DNA of 64,000 nucleotides from Eledone cirrhosa (Eukaryota): NCBI GenBank assembly GCA_964016885.1, contig CAXHJY010001750.1, positions 1 to 64,000 of the forward strand, read 5' to 3'. Shown piece by piece: positions 13,632 to 27,448 of this stretch (position 1 is its first letter; each line of letters starts with the position of its first letter). The notes under the pieces were generated by a model. It saw only the letters and a program-made list of their open reading frames with translations, ran no database searches and was not told where the DNA came from. The position numbers and the translations under genes were made by a program.

Positions 13632-13704
13632 GATTCGGACTGAGATTGAACCCCACATCAGTGTCTCCATAGTCTCTAACACCTACCATTAAGGCCAACG
13701 AAAC
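13632..13704 (-). ncRNA. tRNA-like Pol III unit t4, convergent with t3
   Basis: Reverse complement reads GTTTCGT TGGCCTTAATGG TAGGTGTTAGAGACTATGGAGACACTGATGTGG GGTTCAATCTC, with upstream GAAAGTAGGTTTATAAATATTAATTTT. The GACTATGGA segment resembles a tRNA-Arg anticodon region. Confidence 0.6.
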
Positions 13705-14348
13705 AGATACAAGAACATAAGAAAAAATTAATATTTATAAACCTACTTTCAATTTCCAAGCAAAATAGATATGCTGGCGTTCATGGCTTTCTCATTGTTA
13801 TTTCTACTATAATCGGGTCAATGTTTACATTTATTCTTCTGGGGCTTTCATAAAATATATTTTCACTTTCTTTCGGGTTCATTAGATCCTACAACCAGAT
13901 GATCTACAGGTACCTTCTTCATGGTCATAGCTGATAATTAAATATATACGGGAGAGTGTGTCTGTGTATTAGATTAGATCTTGCCGTGATGTACTCAGCA
14001 ATAATGGTTTTCAATTCCGTCGTCCCTCCATCCTTGGTGTGTATATAAATATATATGTGATTTTAACGTACAACGGCGACAATATATAAATCTGTTTTGT
14101 TTGATAATAATTAGATAAAGCTAATTCTACAACCCCTGTTAAACATTGAAACCACGACTATAAAATATAGCAACAACCACGACATAACAGTCTCTGGTTA
14201 AATATGATTTAATCAAATTATTGGTAGAGATTGATCCCTAATATTTTATCTCACTCCTTAACCAGGGAGGAAAGGTCCTCAGACTCGGACAATGTTGATA
14301 AGGAGAGCAGAGTGTATCCTTATTTGTCACGTCTTTCCAGTTGTCACG

Positions 14349-14400
14349 GTATATAAAAGGCAGTATTGTTCATTGGTGTACAGTACTAGTCACGCCTGCG
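14349..14400 (+). promoter_or_regulatory. Candidate Pol II core promoter (TATA box), also near 18887 and 23425
   Basis: GTATATAAAAGG with CAGT/TAGTC initiator-like words about 30-40 nt downstream. Two TTGTCACG words lie immediately upstream. Confidence 0.35.
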
Positions 14401-14799
14401 AAAGCCGTTGTCAGTTAGCCTTCTGTAACGAGAGAAGAAGGTCGTGGCGTTTTTCTCCCCATCACATAATTCATACATTTGTCATCCATATACAAGCGAA
14501 AGAAGAAAATTGAGAACTTCGGTCTTTCAAAAGTAACATTTATTACATTAGAGCAAAATCTTGCATTAACAATATTTTGTGAGACTAAACATGGAATGGA
14601 CAAAGAGATTATTAGAAGAATGGCAATTGTCTCTATCTTAAACGTCAATACATTCTACAGAAAATCGAAATGAGAATAATTACAGAGATACTTTACAAAA
14701 TGTTTCGCGATATGGTTCAAGTTATTTTGTAGTAATATGCAGCTATATTTATACATGTCTCTTATACCCCTCCACGAGGAATTGTGAATACGTATGAAT

Positions 14800-15130
14800 A
14801 TGATTTTAAAGATGGCGAAACATGTTGAAGAAAAAAAAGGAATTCAGATGATAGGAATAATAAAACATTCCTTTGCCTAGCTAAATGTCGAGAGGTCTAA
14901 AACACTAGTTGAATGATATGTGTGATACCACCTAGAATATTGTCTAGAGGTATGGTCAGAGGACTTCAGAAAATACGGAGAAGCTATTGAAGGAATGGAG
15001 AGAAGAACAAAACTGAAAACACCAGAATTATTAAGAAATCTGTCTTTTGAAGAAAGATGTTAAACTTTAGGGATTGCAAATTTAGAGGAGATAAATCTAA
15101 GAGGGTGGGGGGACATGATAGAAATATATA
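14800..15130 (+). mobile_element. Decayed CR1-like LINE ORF2 C-terminal fragment (also +4538 and +9076)
   Basis: Translates as V*YHLEYCLEVWS...AIEGMERRTK...LRNLSFEERC*TLGIANLEE...GDMIEIY, matching the CR1 C-terminal pattern RPHLEY..VW / QRRATK / GDMIE. Confidence 0.75.
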
Positions 15131-17451
15131 TTTAAATAGTAGTACACTATTCCAATGTAAAGCCCTGAATAACTACATCTTTCGGGGAGATATATCAAAC
15201 GAGTGACATGATAGAAATATTTAAAATAATGAAAAGACTACAATATACAGTATTGCAGAAGTAAATGTAAATATAAGAAGACATCACCATTGTTCTGCAG
15301 ATGAAAGACAGTACTCTTTACATTTATCCCAGGTATATAGAAAGTTATCCTGATGTCCACTGAATGAAATATAAAACAATAAAGAAACACCACAATCCAG
15401 TAAACCTTAGTAATAATCCAATTTCCTCTCAGCCGCCATTTACAGTAGAAAATGGTAAGAAAAACAAAGTCACACTCAGAAGTTAATGCAGTGAAAACAA
15501 TAAAAATATTAATAAATAATAATAATTTCATTTCATATTATCATTAAATTGTTTGTCAATTTTTATTGTAAACATAAATATATATACATTCATACATATA
15601 CATCGATACATTATGTGAGAATGTCTTACTTAGGCAAAAGTCAAGTAATTTGCGGGGAGGAACCAATCCTTTAAATTGATCCCATTACATGACTGGTACT
15701 ATAAGTTATCTGCTCCAAAATCATAAAATTATGGATTAATCTAAACACTGAGAACACAAAGGTGGGGTAAAATTATTTAAAAATTTGGATTTTAATATTT
15801 TATCTTTTATTTACAAATTATATGTCTTGGTGTCATATTTAAGGATATAATGTAGTTATTGGTGGAAATAATATAATATGTGATGAGGTGTATATAACTG
15901 TGGATATAGAATTATTTTAATCATTATTTTTAACGGACGAAAAAACTACATAATGACTTCTAGTCGGAATTGCGGCAAAGACCCTCAATGAAGGTTCAAA
16001 TATTACACACCTACACATTATCTATATATAGTAATCAGGGTAAACAATTTACGGGCACGTCGCTCTAAGTTGGAATATTTTTCAGACACGGGAGTTAGGT
16101 ATGACATATTTCAAATAAGAGAACATTATTACAGACGGAGTCATTGTAGGTTCAAATCATTGTTAGACCGATCAGAAAGAAAATGGATATTTAATTCATG
16201 AAAAAACCTGAAATGTGAAAGACAGAGTCGACCCTTTCTAGTAACAACACTAAGAAACCCATGAACGCCACCTAGTCCTAAATCTAACTCTGCGATCGTC
16301 ATAACAAATCGAAATACTTCACCAACAGTGGAAGATGAAGGATTGAAGAACTATGATATATAGCTAAGAAGCTTGTCTCCAGAACATTTAGTAAGGTGTA
16401 GGCCAAGTGTTGCCAAATATTTTGGCGTCATTACCCACATTCACATGAAAAAATGTTCCACCAGCCACCTGTATAGTAAATATTCCAAAGTATACCAAAT
16501 ATGTTTCGTAAATGTTTGTTCCTGGTTCAATTTTCCCAATTAGCTTCCTGATTTTTATTCATGTTCTTTGTATATATTCCTTGAATAGGTTTTCGGGTAG
16601 CATACCTTCTTAAATCTCGAAATTCTATATCGCCCACCAAAGTTTCCAATAGTCATCAATTTTCTGTTCAGCTGCTCATCGCCCACCCAACAGTTGAAAT
16701 CGCCCAGATGAGGAACCCCCTGGGGGTTAGCTACTTCGAATGATGCTATATATTAATCCAGAGGAGGGGTGACTATTATAATGTTTATAAGTAATAATCT
16801 TTTAAAGACAAGAGGAAATTTTATCATTAAAATCATAAATATATGTCTACAGAATACAGATTATCAAAATGAAATTAAAAGCAAGTAAATCAGGGGCCAC
16901 TAAACTTTACATATTTAGTTTTATTTCTATCGTGAAAAATGTTGATCTTCAGATATTAGATTATGGCTGTAATTATGTTTGTCTTTCTTTAAACATCGTT
17001 TATAGTTTGTTAAAATTAATTTTAGATTATTCGTACCTGTCTGTGTAGGTTTCTTTTGATGTAGCCTCCGTCTTGTTTATTGGTTACATTTTAAATGTGA
17101 TATACAGGAACATCAGACATTAAAATGAAATGTTACGTAAAACACACACCTTGTGTTTATTCCAGGTATTTAGATAGATGTCCACTGACAACAAAATAAT
17201 GCCATCATCCAAGTGAAACTAGGTAATAATCCAGGTTCGTTGCAGTCACCATTTTACAGTAAACAATTCAGACGTATTCAGCAGTTAATGAAGTGAAAAC
17301 AAAATAAAAACAACTTTACTGAATAAAATTCATTTCTTAATTTCAATAAGGATTTTTGTTCTTTCTTTTATAAAAAAAAACAAATTTTAATTAAAATATG
17401 TTGAATATAATATGGGACATTACTACAAAGTACAGCATTATAAGTTCAAAT

Positions 17452-17684
17452 CTTACTTATACTAGAAAAAACCGGAAGTGGAGAAAATTGAAAACCATCT
17501 TCTTTTTCTTCCTCTGATTTTTTTTTATCCAAAATTTGGATTTAAGTCAGAGACGAGTTATCGTTCGTGGCAAAAATTTCGTTTTTGTTTACATAAAATT
17601 TTCTTTTGTTTGAAAAATCAGAGGAAGAAAAAGAAAAAAGTTTTTCAATTTTCTCCACTTCCGGTTTTTTCTAGTATAAGTAAG
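17452..17684. repeat. 233-bp CCGGAAGT palindrome (copy 2)
   Basis: Near-identical to 12915-13147. Confidence 0.92.
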
Positions 17685-17716
17685 TAAATATTAATCTTCA
17701 ATGCATTTTTGTAACC

Positions 17717-18242
17717 GTCCATGTGGCCTAATGGTAAGTACGAGAGACGGTGGAGATCCTGATTTAGGGTTCGATTTCCGTTAGGTTCTATACTAATAGC
17801 TGCGTATTTGTGGCTTTTTATTTTATTGAATGAAAAAGTAGGTTTATAAATATCAATTTTCAGTAAGTTTCCGTAACCGTCCCTTTAGCCTAGTGGTAAG
17901 TTTAAGAGACGGTAGAGGTCCAGGTTCGGGGTTCAATCACTGGCAGTGTGTCGTATTATATGTTTTATAGTATAAAACAAAAATAAAAAAGTAACTTTAT
18001 AAATATTAATTTTCACACCGTCTTTATATCTTTACTCCGTGGCCTAATGGTAGGTATTAGAGACGGTGGAGAACCTGCTCTGGGTTTCGATCTCAGTCAA
18101 AGTCTATAGATAATAATTTCATTTTTTACTTTGCTAGAGAAAAATTTAAATTTAAAAAGATATAGTACAGATTCGGACTGAGATTGAACCCCACATCAGT
18201 GTCTCCATAGTCTCTAACACCTACCATTAAGGCCAACGAAAC
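17717..18242. ncRNA. Cassette of four tRNA-like units (3 on +, 1 on -), copy 2
   Basis: Near-identical to 13180-13704. Confidence 0.6.
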
Positions 18243-21200
18243 AGATACAAGAACATAAGAAAAAATTAATATTTATAAACCTACTTTCAATTTCCAAGCA
18301 AAATAGATGTGCTGGCGTTCATGGCTTTCTCATTGTTATTTCTACTATAATCGGGTCAATGTTTACATTTATTCTTCTGGGGCTTTCATAAAATATATTT
18401 TCACTTTCTTTCGGGTTCATTAGATCCTACAACCAGATGATCTACAGGTACCTTCTTCATGGTCATAGCTGATAATTAAATATATACGGGAGAGTGTGTC
18501 TGTGTATTAGATTAGATCTTGCCGTGATGTACTCAGCAATAATGGTTTTCAATTCCGTCGTCCCTCCATCCTTGGTGTGTATATAAATATATATGTGATT
18601 TTAACGTACAACGGCGACAATATATAAATCTGTTTTGTTTGATAATAATTAGATAAAGCTAATTCTACAACCCCTGTTAAACATTGAAACCACGACTATA
18701 AAATATAGCAACAACCACGACATAACAGTCTCTGGTTAAATATGATTTAATCAAATTATTGGTAGAGATTGATCCCTAATATTTTATCTCACTCCTTAAC
18801 CAGGGAGGAAAGGTCCTCAGACTCGGACAATGTTGATAAGGAGAGCAGAGTGTATCCTTATTTGTCACGTCTTTCCAGTTGTCACGGTATATAAAAGGCA
18901 GTATTGTTCATTGGTGTACAGTACTAGTCACGCCTGCGAAAGCCGTTGTCAGTTAGCCTTCTGTAACGAGAGCTGAAGGTCGTGGCTTTTTTCTCCCCAT
19001 CACATAATTCATACATTTGTCATCCATATACAAGCGAAAGAAGAAAATTGAGAACTTCGGTCTTTCAAAAGTAACATTTATTACATTAGAGCAAAATCTT
19101 GCATTAACAATATTTTGTGAGACTAAACATGGAATGGACAAAGAGATTATTAGAAGAATGGCAATTGTCTCTATCTTAAACGTCAATACATTCTACAGAA
19201 AATCGAAATGAGAATAATTACAGAGATACTTTACAAAATGTTTCGCGATATGGTTCAAGTTATTTTGTAGTAATATGCAGCTATATTTATACATGTCTCT
19301 TATACCCCTCCACGAGGAATTGTGAATACGTATGAATATGATTTTAAAGATGGCGAAACATGTTGAAGAAAAAAAAGGAATTCAGATGATAGGAATAATA
19401 AAACATTCCTTTGCCTAGCTAAATGTCGAGAGGTCTAAAACACTAGTTGAATGATATGTGTGATACCACCTAGAATATTGTCTAGAGGTATGGTCAGAGG
19501 ACTTCAGAAAATACGGAGAAGCTATTGAAGGAATGGAGAGAAGAACAAAACTGAAAACACCAGAATTATTAAGAAATCTGTCTTTTGAAGAAAGATGTTA
19601 AACTTTAGGGATTGCAAATTTAGAGGAGATAAATCTAAGAGGGTGGGGGGACATGATAGAAATATATATTTAAATAGTAGTACACTATTCCAATGTAAAG
19701 CCCTGAATAACTACATCTTTCGGGGAGATATATCAAACGAGTGACATGATAGAAATATTTAAAATAATGAAAAGACTACAATATACAGTATTGCAGAAGT
19801 AAATGTAAATATAAGAAGACATCACCATTGTTCTGCAGATGAAAGACAGTACTCTTTACATTTATCCCAGGTATATAGAAAGTTATCCTGATGTCCACTG
19901 AATGAAATATAAAACAATAAAGAAACACCACAATCCAGTAAACCTTAGTAATAATCCAATTTCCTCTCAGCCGCCATTTACAGTAGAAAATGGTAAGAAA
20001 AACAAAGTCACACTCAGAAGTTAATGCAGTGAAAACAATAAAAATATTAATAAATAATAATAATTTCATTTCATATTATCATTAAATTGTTTGTCAATTT
20101 TTATTGTAAACATAAATATATATACATTCATACATATACATCGATACATTATGTGAGAATGTCTTACTTAGGCAAAAGTCAAGTAATTTGCGGGGAGGAA
20201 CCAATCCTTTAAATTGATCCCATTACATGACTGGTACTATAAGTTATCTGCTCCAAAATCATAAAATTATGGATTAATCTAAACACTGAGAACACAAAGG
20301 TGGGGTAAAATTATTTAAAAATTTGGATTTTAATATTTTATCTTTTATTTACAAATTATATGTCTTGGTGTCATATTTAAGGATATAATGTAGTTATTGG
20401 TGGAAATAATATAATATGTGATGAGGTGTATATAACTGTGGATATAGAATTATTTTAATCATTATTTTTAACGGACGAAAAAACTACATAATGACTTCTA
20501 GTCGGAATTGCGGCAAAGACCCTCAATGAAGGTTCAAATATTACACACCTACACATTATCTATATATAGTAATCAGGGTAAACAATTTACGGGCACGTCG
20601 CTCTAAGTTGGAATATTTTTCAGACACGGGAGTTAGGTATGACATATTTCAAATAAGAGAACATTATTACAGACGGAGTCATTGTAGGTTCAAATCATTG
20701 TTAGACCGATCAGAAAGAAAATGGATATTTAATTCATGAAAAAACCTGAAATGTGAAAGACAGAGTCGACCCTTTCTAGTAACAACACTAAGAAACCCAT
20801 GAACGCCACCTAGTCCTAAATCTAACTCTGCGATCGTCATAACAAATCGAAATACTTCACCAACAGTGGAAGATGAAGGATTGAAGAACTATGATATATA
20901 GCTAAGAAGCTTGTCTCCAGAACATTTAGTAAGGTGTAGGCCAAGTGTTGCCAAATATTTTGGCGTCATTACCCACATTCACATGAAAAAATGTTCCACC
21001 AGCCACCTGTATAGTAAATATTCCAAAGTATACCAAATATGTTTCGTAAATGTTTGTTCCTGGTTCAATTTTCCCAATTAGCTTCCTGATTTTTATTCAT
21101 GTTCTTTGTATATATTCCTTGAATAGGTTTTCGGGTAGCATACCTTCTTAAATCTCGAAATTCTATATCGCCCACCAAAGTTTCCAATAGTCATCAATTT

Positions 21201-21989
21201 TCTGTTCAGCTGCTCATCGCCCACCCAACAGTTGAAATCGCCCAGATGAGGAACCCCCTGGGGGTTAGCTACTTCGAATGATGCTATATATTAATCCAGA
21301 GGAGGGGTGACTATTATAATGTTTATAAGTAATAATCTTTTAAAGACAAGAGGAAATTTTATCATTAAAATCATAAATATATGTCTACAGAATACAGATT
21401 ATCAAAATGAAATTAAAAGCAAGTAAATCAGGGGCCACTAAACTTTACATATTTAGTTTTATTTCTATCGTGAAAAATGTTGATCTTCAGATATTAGATT
21501 ATGGCTGTAATTATGTTTGTCTTTCTTTAAACATCGTTTATAGTTTGTTAAAATTAATTTTAGATTATTCGTACCTGTCTGTGTAGGTTTCTTTTGATGT
21601 AGCCTCCGTCTTGTTTATTGGTTACATTTTAAATGTGATATACAGGAACATCAGACATTAAAATGAAATGTTACGTAAAACACACACCTTGTGTTTATTC
21701 CAGGTATTTAGATAGATGTCCACTGACAACAAAATAATGCCATCATCCAAGTGAAACTAGGTAATAATCCAGGTTCGTTGCAGTCACCATTTTACAGTAA
21801 ACAATTCAGACGTATTCAGCAGTTAATGAAGTGAAAACAAAATAAAAACAACTTTACTGAATAAAATTCATTTCTTAATTTCAATAAGGATTTTTGTTCT
21901 TTCTTTTATAAAAAAAAACAAATTTTAATTAAAATATGTTGAATATAATATGGGACATTACTACAAAGTACAGCATTATAAGTTCAAAT

Positions 21990-22222
21990 CTTACTTATAC
22001 TAGAAAAAACCGGAAGTGGAGAAAATTGAAAACCATCTTCTTTTTCTTCCTCTGATTTTTTTTTATCCAAAATTTGGATTTAAGTCAGAGACGAGTTATC
22101 GTTCGTGGCAAAAATTTCGTTTTTGTTTACATAAAATTTTCTTTTGTTTGAAAAATCAGAGGAAGAAAAAGAAAAAAGTTTTTCAATTTTCTCCACTTCC
22201 GGTTTTTTCTAGTATAAGTAAG
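21990..22222. repeat. 233-bp CCGGAAGT palindrome (copy 3)
   Basis: Near-identical to 12915-13147. Confidence 0.92.
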
Positions 22223-22254
22223 TAAATATTAATCTTCAATGCATTTTTGTAACC

Positions 22255-22780
22255 GTCCATGTGGCCTAATGGTAAGTACGAGAGACGGTGGAGATCCTGA
22301 TTTAGGGTTCGATTTCCGTTAGGTTCTATACTAATAGCTGCGTATTTGTGGCTTTTTATTTTATTGAATGAAAAAGTAGGTTTATAAATATCAATTTTCA
22401 GTAAGTTTCCGTAACCGTCCCTTTAGCCTAGTGGTAAGTTTAAGAGACGGTAGAGGTCCAGGTTCGGGGTTCAATCACTGGCAGTGTGTCGTATTATATG
22501 TTTTATAGTATAAAACAAAAATAAAAAAGTAACTTTATAAATATTAATTTTCACACCGTCTTTATATCTTTACTCCGTGGCCTAATGGTAGGTATTAGAG
22601 ACGGTGGAGAACCTGCTCTGGGTTTCGATCTCAGTCAAAGTCTATAGATAATAATTTCATTTTTTACTTTGCTAGAGAAAAATTTAAATTTAAAAAGATA
22701 TAGTACAGATTCGGACTGAGATTGAACCCCACATCAGTGTCTCCATAGTCTCTAACACCTACCATTAAGGCCAACGAAAC
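22255..22780. ncRNA. Cassette of four tRNA-like units (3 on +, 1 on -), copy 3
   Basis: Near-identical to 13180-13704. Confidence 0.6.
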
Positions 22781-25700
22781 AGATACAAGAACATAAGAAA
22801 AAATTAATATTTATAAACCTACTTTCAATTTCCAAGCAAAATAGATGTGCTGGCGTTCATGGCTTTCTCATTGTTATTTCTACTATAATCGGGTCAATGT
22901 TTACATTTATTCTTCTGGGGCTTTCATAAAATATATTTTCACTTTCTTTCGGGTTCATTAGATCCTACAACCAGATGATCTACAGGTACCTTCTTCATGG
23001 TCATAGCTGATAATTAAATATATACGGGAGAGTGTGTCTGTGTATTAGATTAGATCTTGCCGTGATGTACTCAGCAATAATGGTTTTCAATTCCGTCGTC
23101 CCTCCATCCTTGGTGTGTATATAAATATATATGTGATTTTAACGTACAACGGCGACAATATATAAATCTGTTTTGTTTGATAATAATTAGATAAAGCTAA
23201 TTCTACAACCCCTGTTAAACATTGAAACCACGACTATAAAATATAGCAACAACCACGACATAACAGTCTCTGGTTAAATATGATTTAATCAAATTATTGG
23301 TAGAGATTGATCCCTAATATTTTATCTCACTCCTTAACCAGGGAGGAAAGGTCCTCAGACTCGGACAATGTTGATAAGGAGAGCAGAGTGTATCCTTATT
23401 TGTCACGTCTTTCCAGTTGTCACGGTATATAAAAGGCAGTATTGTTCATTGGTGTACAGTACTAGTCACGCCTGCGAAAGCCGTTGTCAGTTAGCCTTCT
23501 GTAACGAGAGCTGAAGGTCGTGGCTTTTTTCTCCCCATCACATAATTCATACATTTGTCATCCATATACAAGCGAAAGAAGAAAATTGAGAACTTCGGTC
23601 TTTCAAAAGTAACATTTATTACATTAGAGCAAAATCTTGCATTAACAATATTTTGTGAGACTAAACATGGAATGGACAAAGAGATTATTAGAAGAATGGC
23701 AATTGTCTCTATCTTAAACGTCAATACATTCTACAGAAAATCGAAATGAGAATAATTACAGAGATACTTTACAAAATGTTTCGCGATATGGTTCAAGTTA
23801 TTTTGTAGTAATATGCAGCTATATTTATACATGTCTCTTATACCCCTCCACGAGGAATTGTGAATACGTATGAATATGATTTTAAAGATGGCGAAACATG
23901 TTGAAGAAAAAAAAGGAATTCAGATGATAGGAATAATAAAACATTCCTTTGCCTAGCTAAATGTCGAGAGGTCTAAAACACTAGTTGAATGATATGTGTG
24001 ATACCACCTAGAATATTGTCTAGAGGTATGGTCAGAGGACTTCAGAAAATACGGAGAAGCTATTGAAGGAATGGAGAGAAGAACAAAACTGAAAACACCA
24101 GAATTATTAAGAAATCTGTCTTTTGAAGAAAGATGTTAAACTTTAGGGATTGCAAATTTAGAGGAGATAAATCTAAGAGGGTGGGGGGACATGATAAAAA
24201 TATATATTTAAATAGTAGTACACTATTCCAATGTAAAGCCCTGAATAACTACATCTTTCGGGGAGATATATCAAACGAGTGACATGATAGAAATATTTAA
24301 AATAATGAAAAGACTACAATATACAGTATTGCAGAAGTAAATGTAAATATAAGAAGACATCACCATTGTTCTGCAGATGAAAGACGGTACTCTTTACATT
24401 TATCCCAGGTATATAGAAAGTTATCCTGATGTCCACTGAATGAAATATAAAACAATAAAGAAACACCACAATCCAGTAAACCTTAGTAATAATCCAATTT
24501 CCTCTCAGCCGCCATTTACAGTAGAAAATGGTAAGAAAAACAAAGTCACACTCAGAAGTTAATGCAGTGAAAACAATAAAAATATTAATAAATAATAATA
24601 ATTTCATTTCATATTATCATTAAATTGTTTGTCAATTTTTATTGTAAACATAAATATATATACATTCATACATATACATCGATACATTATGTGAGAATGT
24701 CTTACTTAGGCAAAAGTCAAGTAATTTGCGGGGAGGAACCAATCCTTTAAATTGATCCCATTACATGACTGGTACTATGTTATCTGCTCCAAAATCATAA
24801 AATTATGGATTAATCTAAACACTGAGAACACAAAGGTGGGGTAAAATTATTTAAAAATTTGGATTTTAATATTTTATCTTTTATTTACAAATTATATGTC
24901 TTGGTGTCATATTTAAGGATATAATGTAGTTATTGGTGGAAATAATATAATATGTGATGAGGTGTATATAACTGTGGATATAGAATTATTTTAATCATTA
25001 TTTTTAACGGACGAAAAAACTACATAATGACTTCTAGTCGGAATTGCGGCAAAGACCCTCAATGAAGGTTCAAATATTACACACCTACACATTATCTATA
25101 TATAGTAATCAGGGTAAACAATTTACGGGCACGTCGCTCTAAGTTGGAATATTTTTCAGACACGGGAGTTAGGTATGACATATTTCAAATAAGAGAACAT
25201 TATTACAGACGGAGTCATTGTAGGTTCAAATCATTGTTAGACCGATCAGAAAGAAAATGGATATTTAATTCATGAAAAAACCTGAAATGTGAAAGACAGA
25301 GTCGACCCTTTCTAGTAACAACACTAAGAAACCCATGAACGCCACCTAGTCCTAAATCTAACTCTGCGATCGTCATAACAAATCGAAATACTTCACCAAC
25401 AGTGGAAGATGAAGGATTGAAGAACTATGATATATAGCTAAGAGGCTTGTCTCCAGAACATTTAGTAAGGTGTAGGCCAAGTGTTGCCAAATATTTTGGC
25501 GTCATTACCCACATTCACATGAAAAAATGTTCCACCAGCCACCTGTATAGTAAATATTCCAAAGTATACCAAATATGTTTCGTAAATGTTTGTTCCTGGT
25601 TCAATTTTCCCAATTAGCTTCCTGATTTTTATTCATGTTCTTTGTATATATTCCTTGAATAGGTTTTCGGGTAGCATACCTTCTTAAATCTCGAAATTCT

Positions 25701-27037
25701 ATATCGCCCACCAAAGTTTCCAATGGTCATCAATTTTCTGTTCAGCTGCTCATCGCCCACCCAACAGTTGAAATCGCCCAGATGAGGAACCCCCTGGGGG
25801 TTAGCTACTTCGAATGATGCTATATATTAATCCAGAGGAGGGGTGACTATTATAATGTTTATAAGTAATAATCTTTTAAAGACAAGAGGAAATTTCATCA
25901 TTAAAATCATAAATATATGTCTACAGAATACAGATTATCAAAATGAAATTAAAAGCAAGTAAATCAGGGGCCACTAAACTTTACATATTTAGTTTTATTT
26001 CTATCGTGAAAAATGTTGATCTTCAGATATTAGATTATGGCTGTAATTATTATGTTTGTCTTTCTTTAAACATCGTTTATAGTTTGTTAAAATTAATTTT
26101 AGATTATTCGTACCTCGTCTGTGTAGGTTTCTTTTGATGTAGCCTCCGTCTTGTTTATTGGTTACATTTTAAATGTGATATACAGGAACATCAGACATTA
26201 AAATGAAATGTTACGTAAAACACACACCTTGTGTTTATTCCAGGTATTTAGATAGATGTCCACTGACAACAAAATAATGCCATCATCCAAGTGAAACTAG
26301 GTAATAATCCAGGTTCGTTGCAGTCACCATTTTACAGTAAACAATTCAGACGTATTCAGCAGTTAATGAAGTGAAAACAAAATAAAAACAACTTTACTGA
26401 ATAAAATTCATTTCTTAATTTCAATAAGGTTTTTTGTTCTTTCTTTTATAAAAAAAAAATTTTTTTTATTAAAATATGTTTAATATGGTATCACCCACAA
26501 GACCACCATGAAGACAACAAAAATCTGCTGAATTTAATATTTATAAGCCTACTTTCAATATTAAAGTAATTAACATGTGGTGTTGCTCATGCCTTTCTGT
26601 ATGTTATTGGTAAAAAATAAATTATTTAAACCTCAAATTTTGTTATTCAAATATGCTTACTTATGTAATTATAAATGTCGCAGAATACACACACATATAT
26701 AGATGTGAAAATATTCAGCACCCCAACGACTGTGCTACTGCCGTTTCGACATCTATATATATATCTTTTAGTCCTAGGCTCTTTCAGCGCAGAAAGAATT
26801 CTCCAATGATCACAACCAGCTAATGGTGCCCAGTGGAAGGACTTTAGTCTAATTATAACCCCAACGATCACGACTAGCGGCGGCTTTTTCGAGTCTGAGG
26901 TTGACTGCCAGATATATACATATATATCTATATATATATATATTGTTATACTTTGCTAGAATCCCGGAGAACAACAGAAAAATGCTGAGTTCAGAGTTTA
27001 AAAAACAACAGAAAGAAGGGCATAAATAAATATATAT

Positions 27038-27371
27038 CAGTGGTTTAAAACCTACTCTGCACCATGCCCCACCTCGACATTTAAAATATGTTTATGCCCC
27101 CCTTTAATATAAAAACAATCCGAGTCTTGTAAAAGTGTTATTACTGTAATATAAAGTAGAAACCCTTTATTTAAAGAAAGCTGCGATGCAGCGATGATCA
27201 AAGCAGACCCAAAAATGTAAACAAACTTCTCGCAGGTGCTGCCAGATACACGATAACATGTGTAGACGAAGTGTAACAGGGAGTTGGGTCGTATTATATC
27301 ACTTTCAAATTGACCCCTATTATATTCAAATTGTCCCCCGTGGGGCGTGCACCCCCACGTTGAGAATCCCT
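27038..27371. mobile_element. hAT-like non-autonomous element
   Basis: Ends CAGTGGTTTAAAACCT ... CGTTGAGAATCCCT resemble imperfect hAT MITE TIRs, with a GC-rich subterminal patch. Confidence 0.45.
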
Positions 27372-27448
27372 CACAAATAAATATATGTGAGTGAGTTGTT
27401 ATGACTGCTATTTCTAGCAGGTTTACTGCTGTCCTGTAGACGCACAAC

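Larger units (their letters stand above)
10698..26488. repeat. Macrosatellite / tandem array, 4,537-4,538-bp unit, about 3.5 copies
   Basis: Identical or near-identical ORFs recur at 12941/17478/22016 and 15238/19776/24314. The array starts at tcaaacgagtgacatgata (recurs near 15195, 19733, 24271). Internal copies are nearly identical; the first copy carries small indels. Confidence 0.97.

Noticed and set aside
13180-13704. Functional tRNA genes or a CRISPR-like repeat-spacer array
   Set aside because: No paired acceptor or anticodon stems. The repeats are divergent A/B-box modules in eukaryotic DNA, with no cas genes and no identical direct repeats.
14415-14648. 77-aa ORF with hydrophobic, signal-peptide-like N-terminus (three copies)
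   Set aside because: Starts at TTG, not ATG, and lies next to and antisense to decayed LINE sequence. Recurrence only reflects the tandem duplication.
15238-15531. 97-aa ORF MKLLLFINIFIVFTALTSEC as a secreted peptide or toxin
   Set aside because: Frame-shifted in the first array copy (about 10740-11010) and closed in the paralogous segment at 12620-12790. Hydrophobicity follows from AT richness, and splice/polyA signals favour the opposite strand. Not fully excluded.
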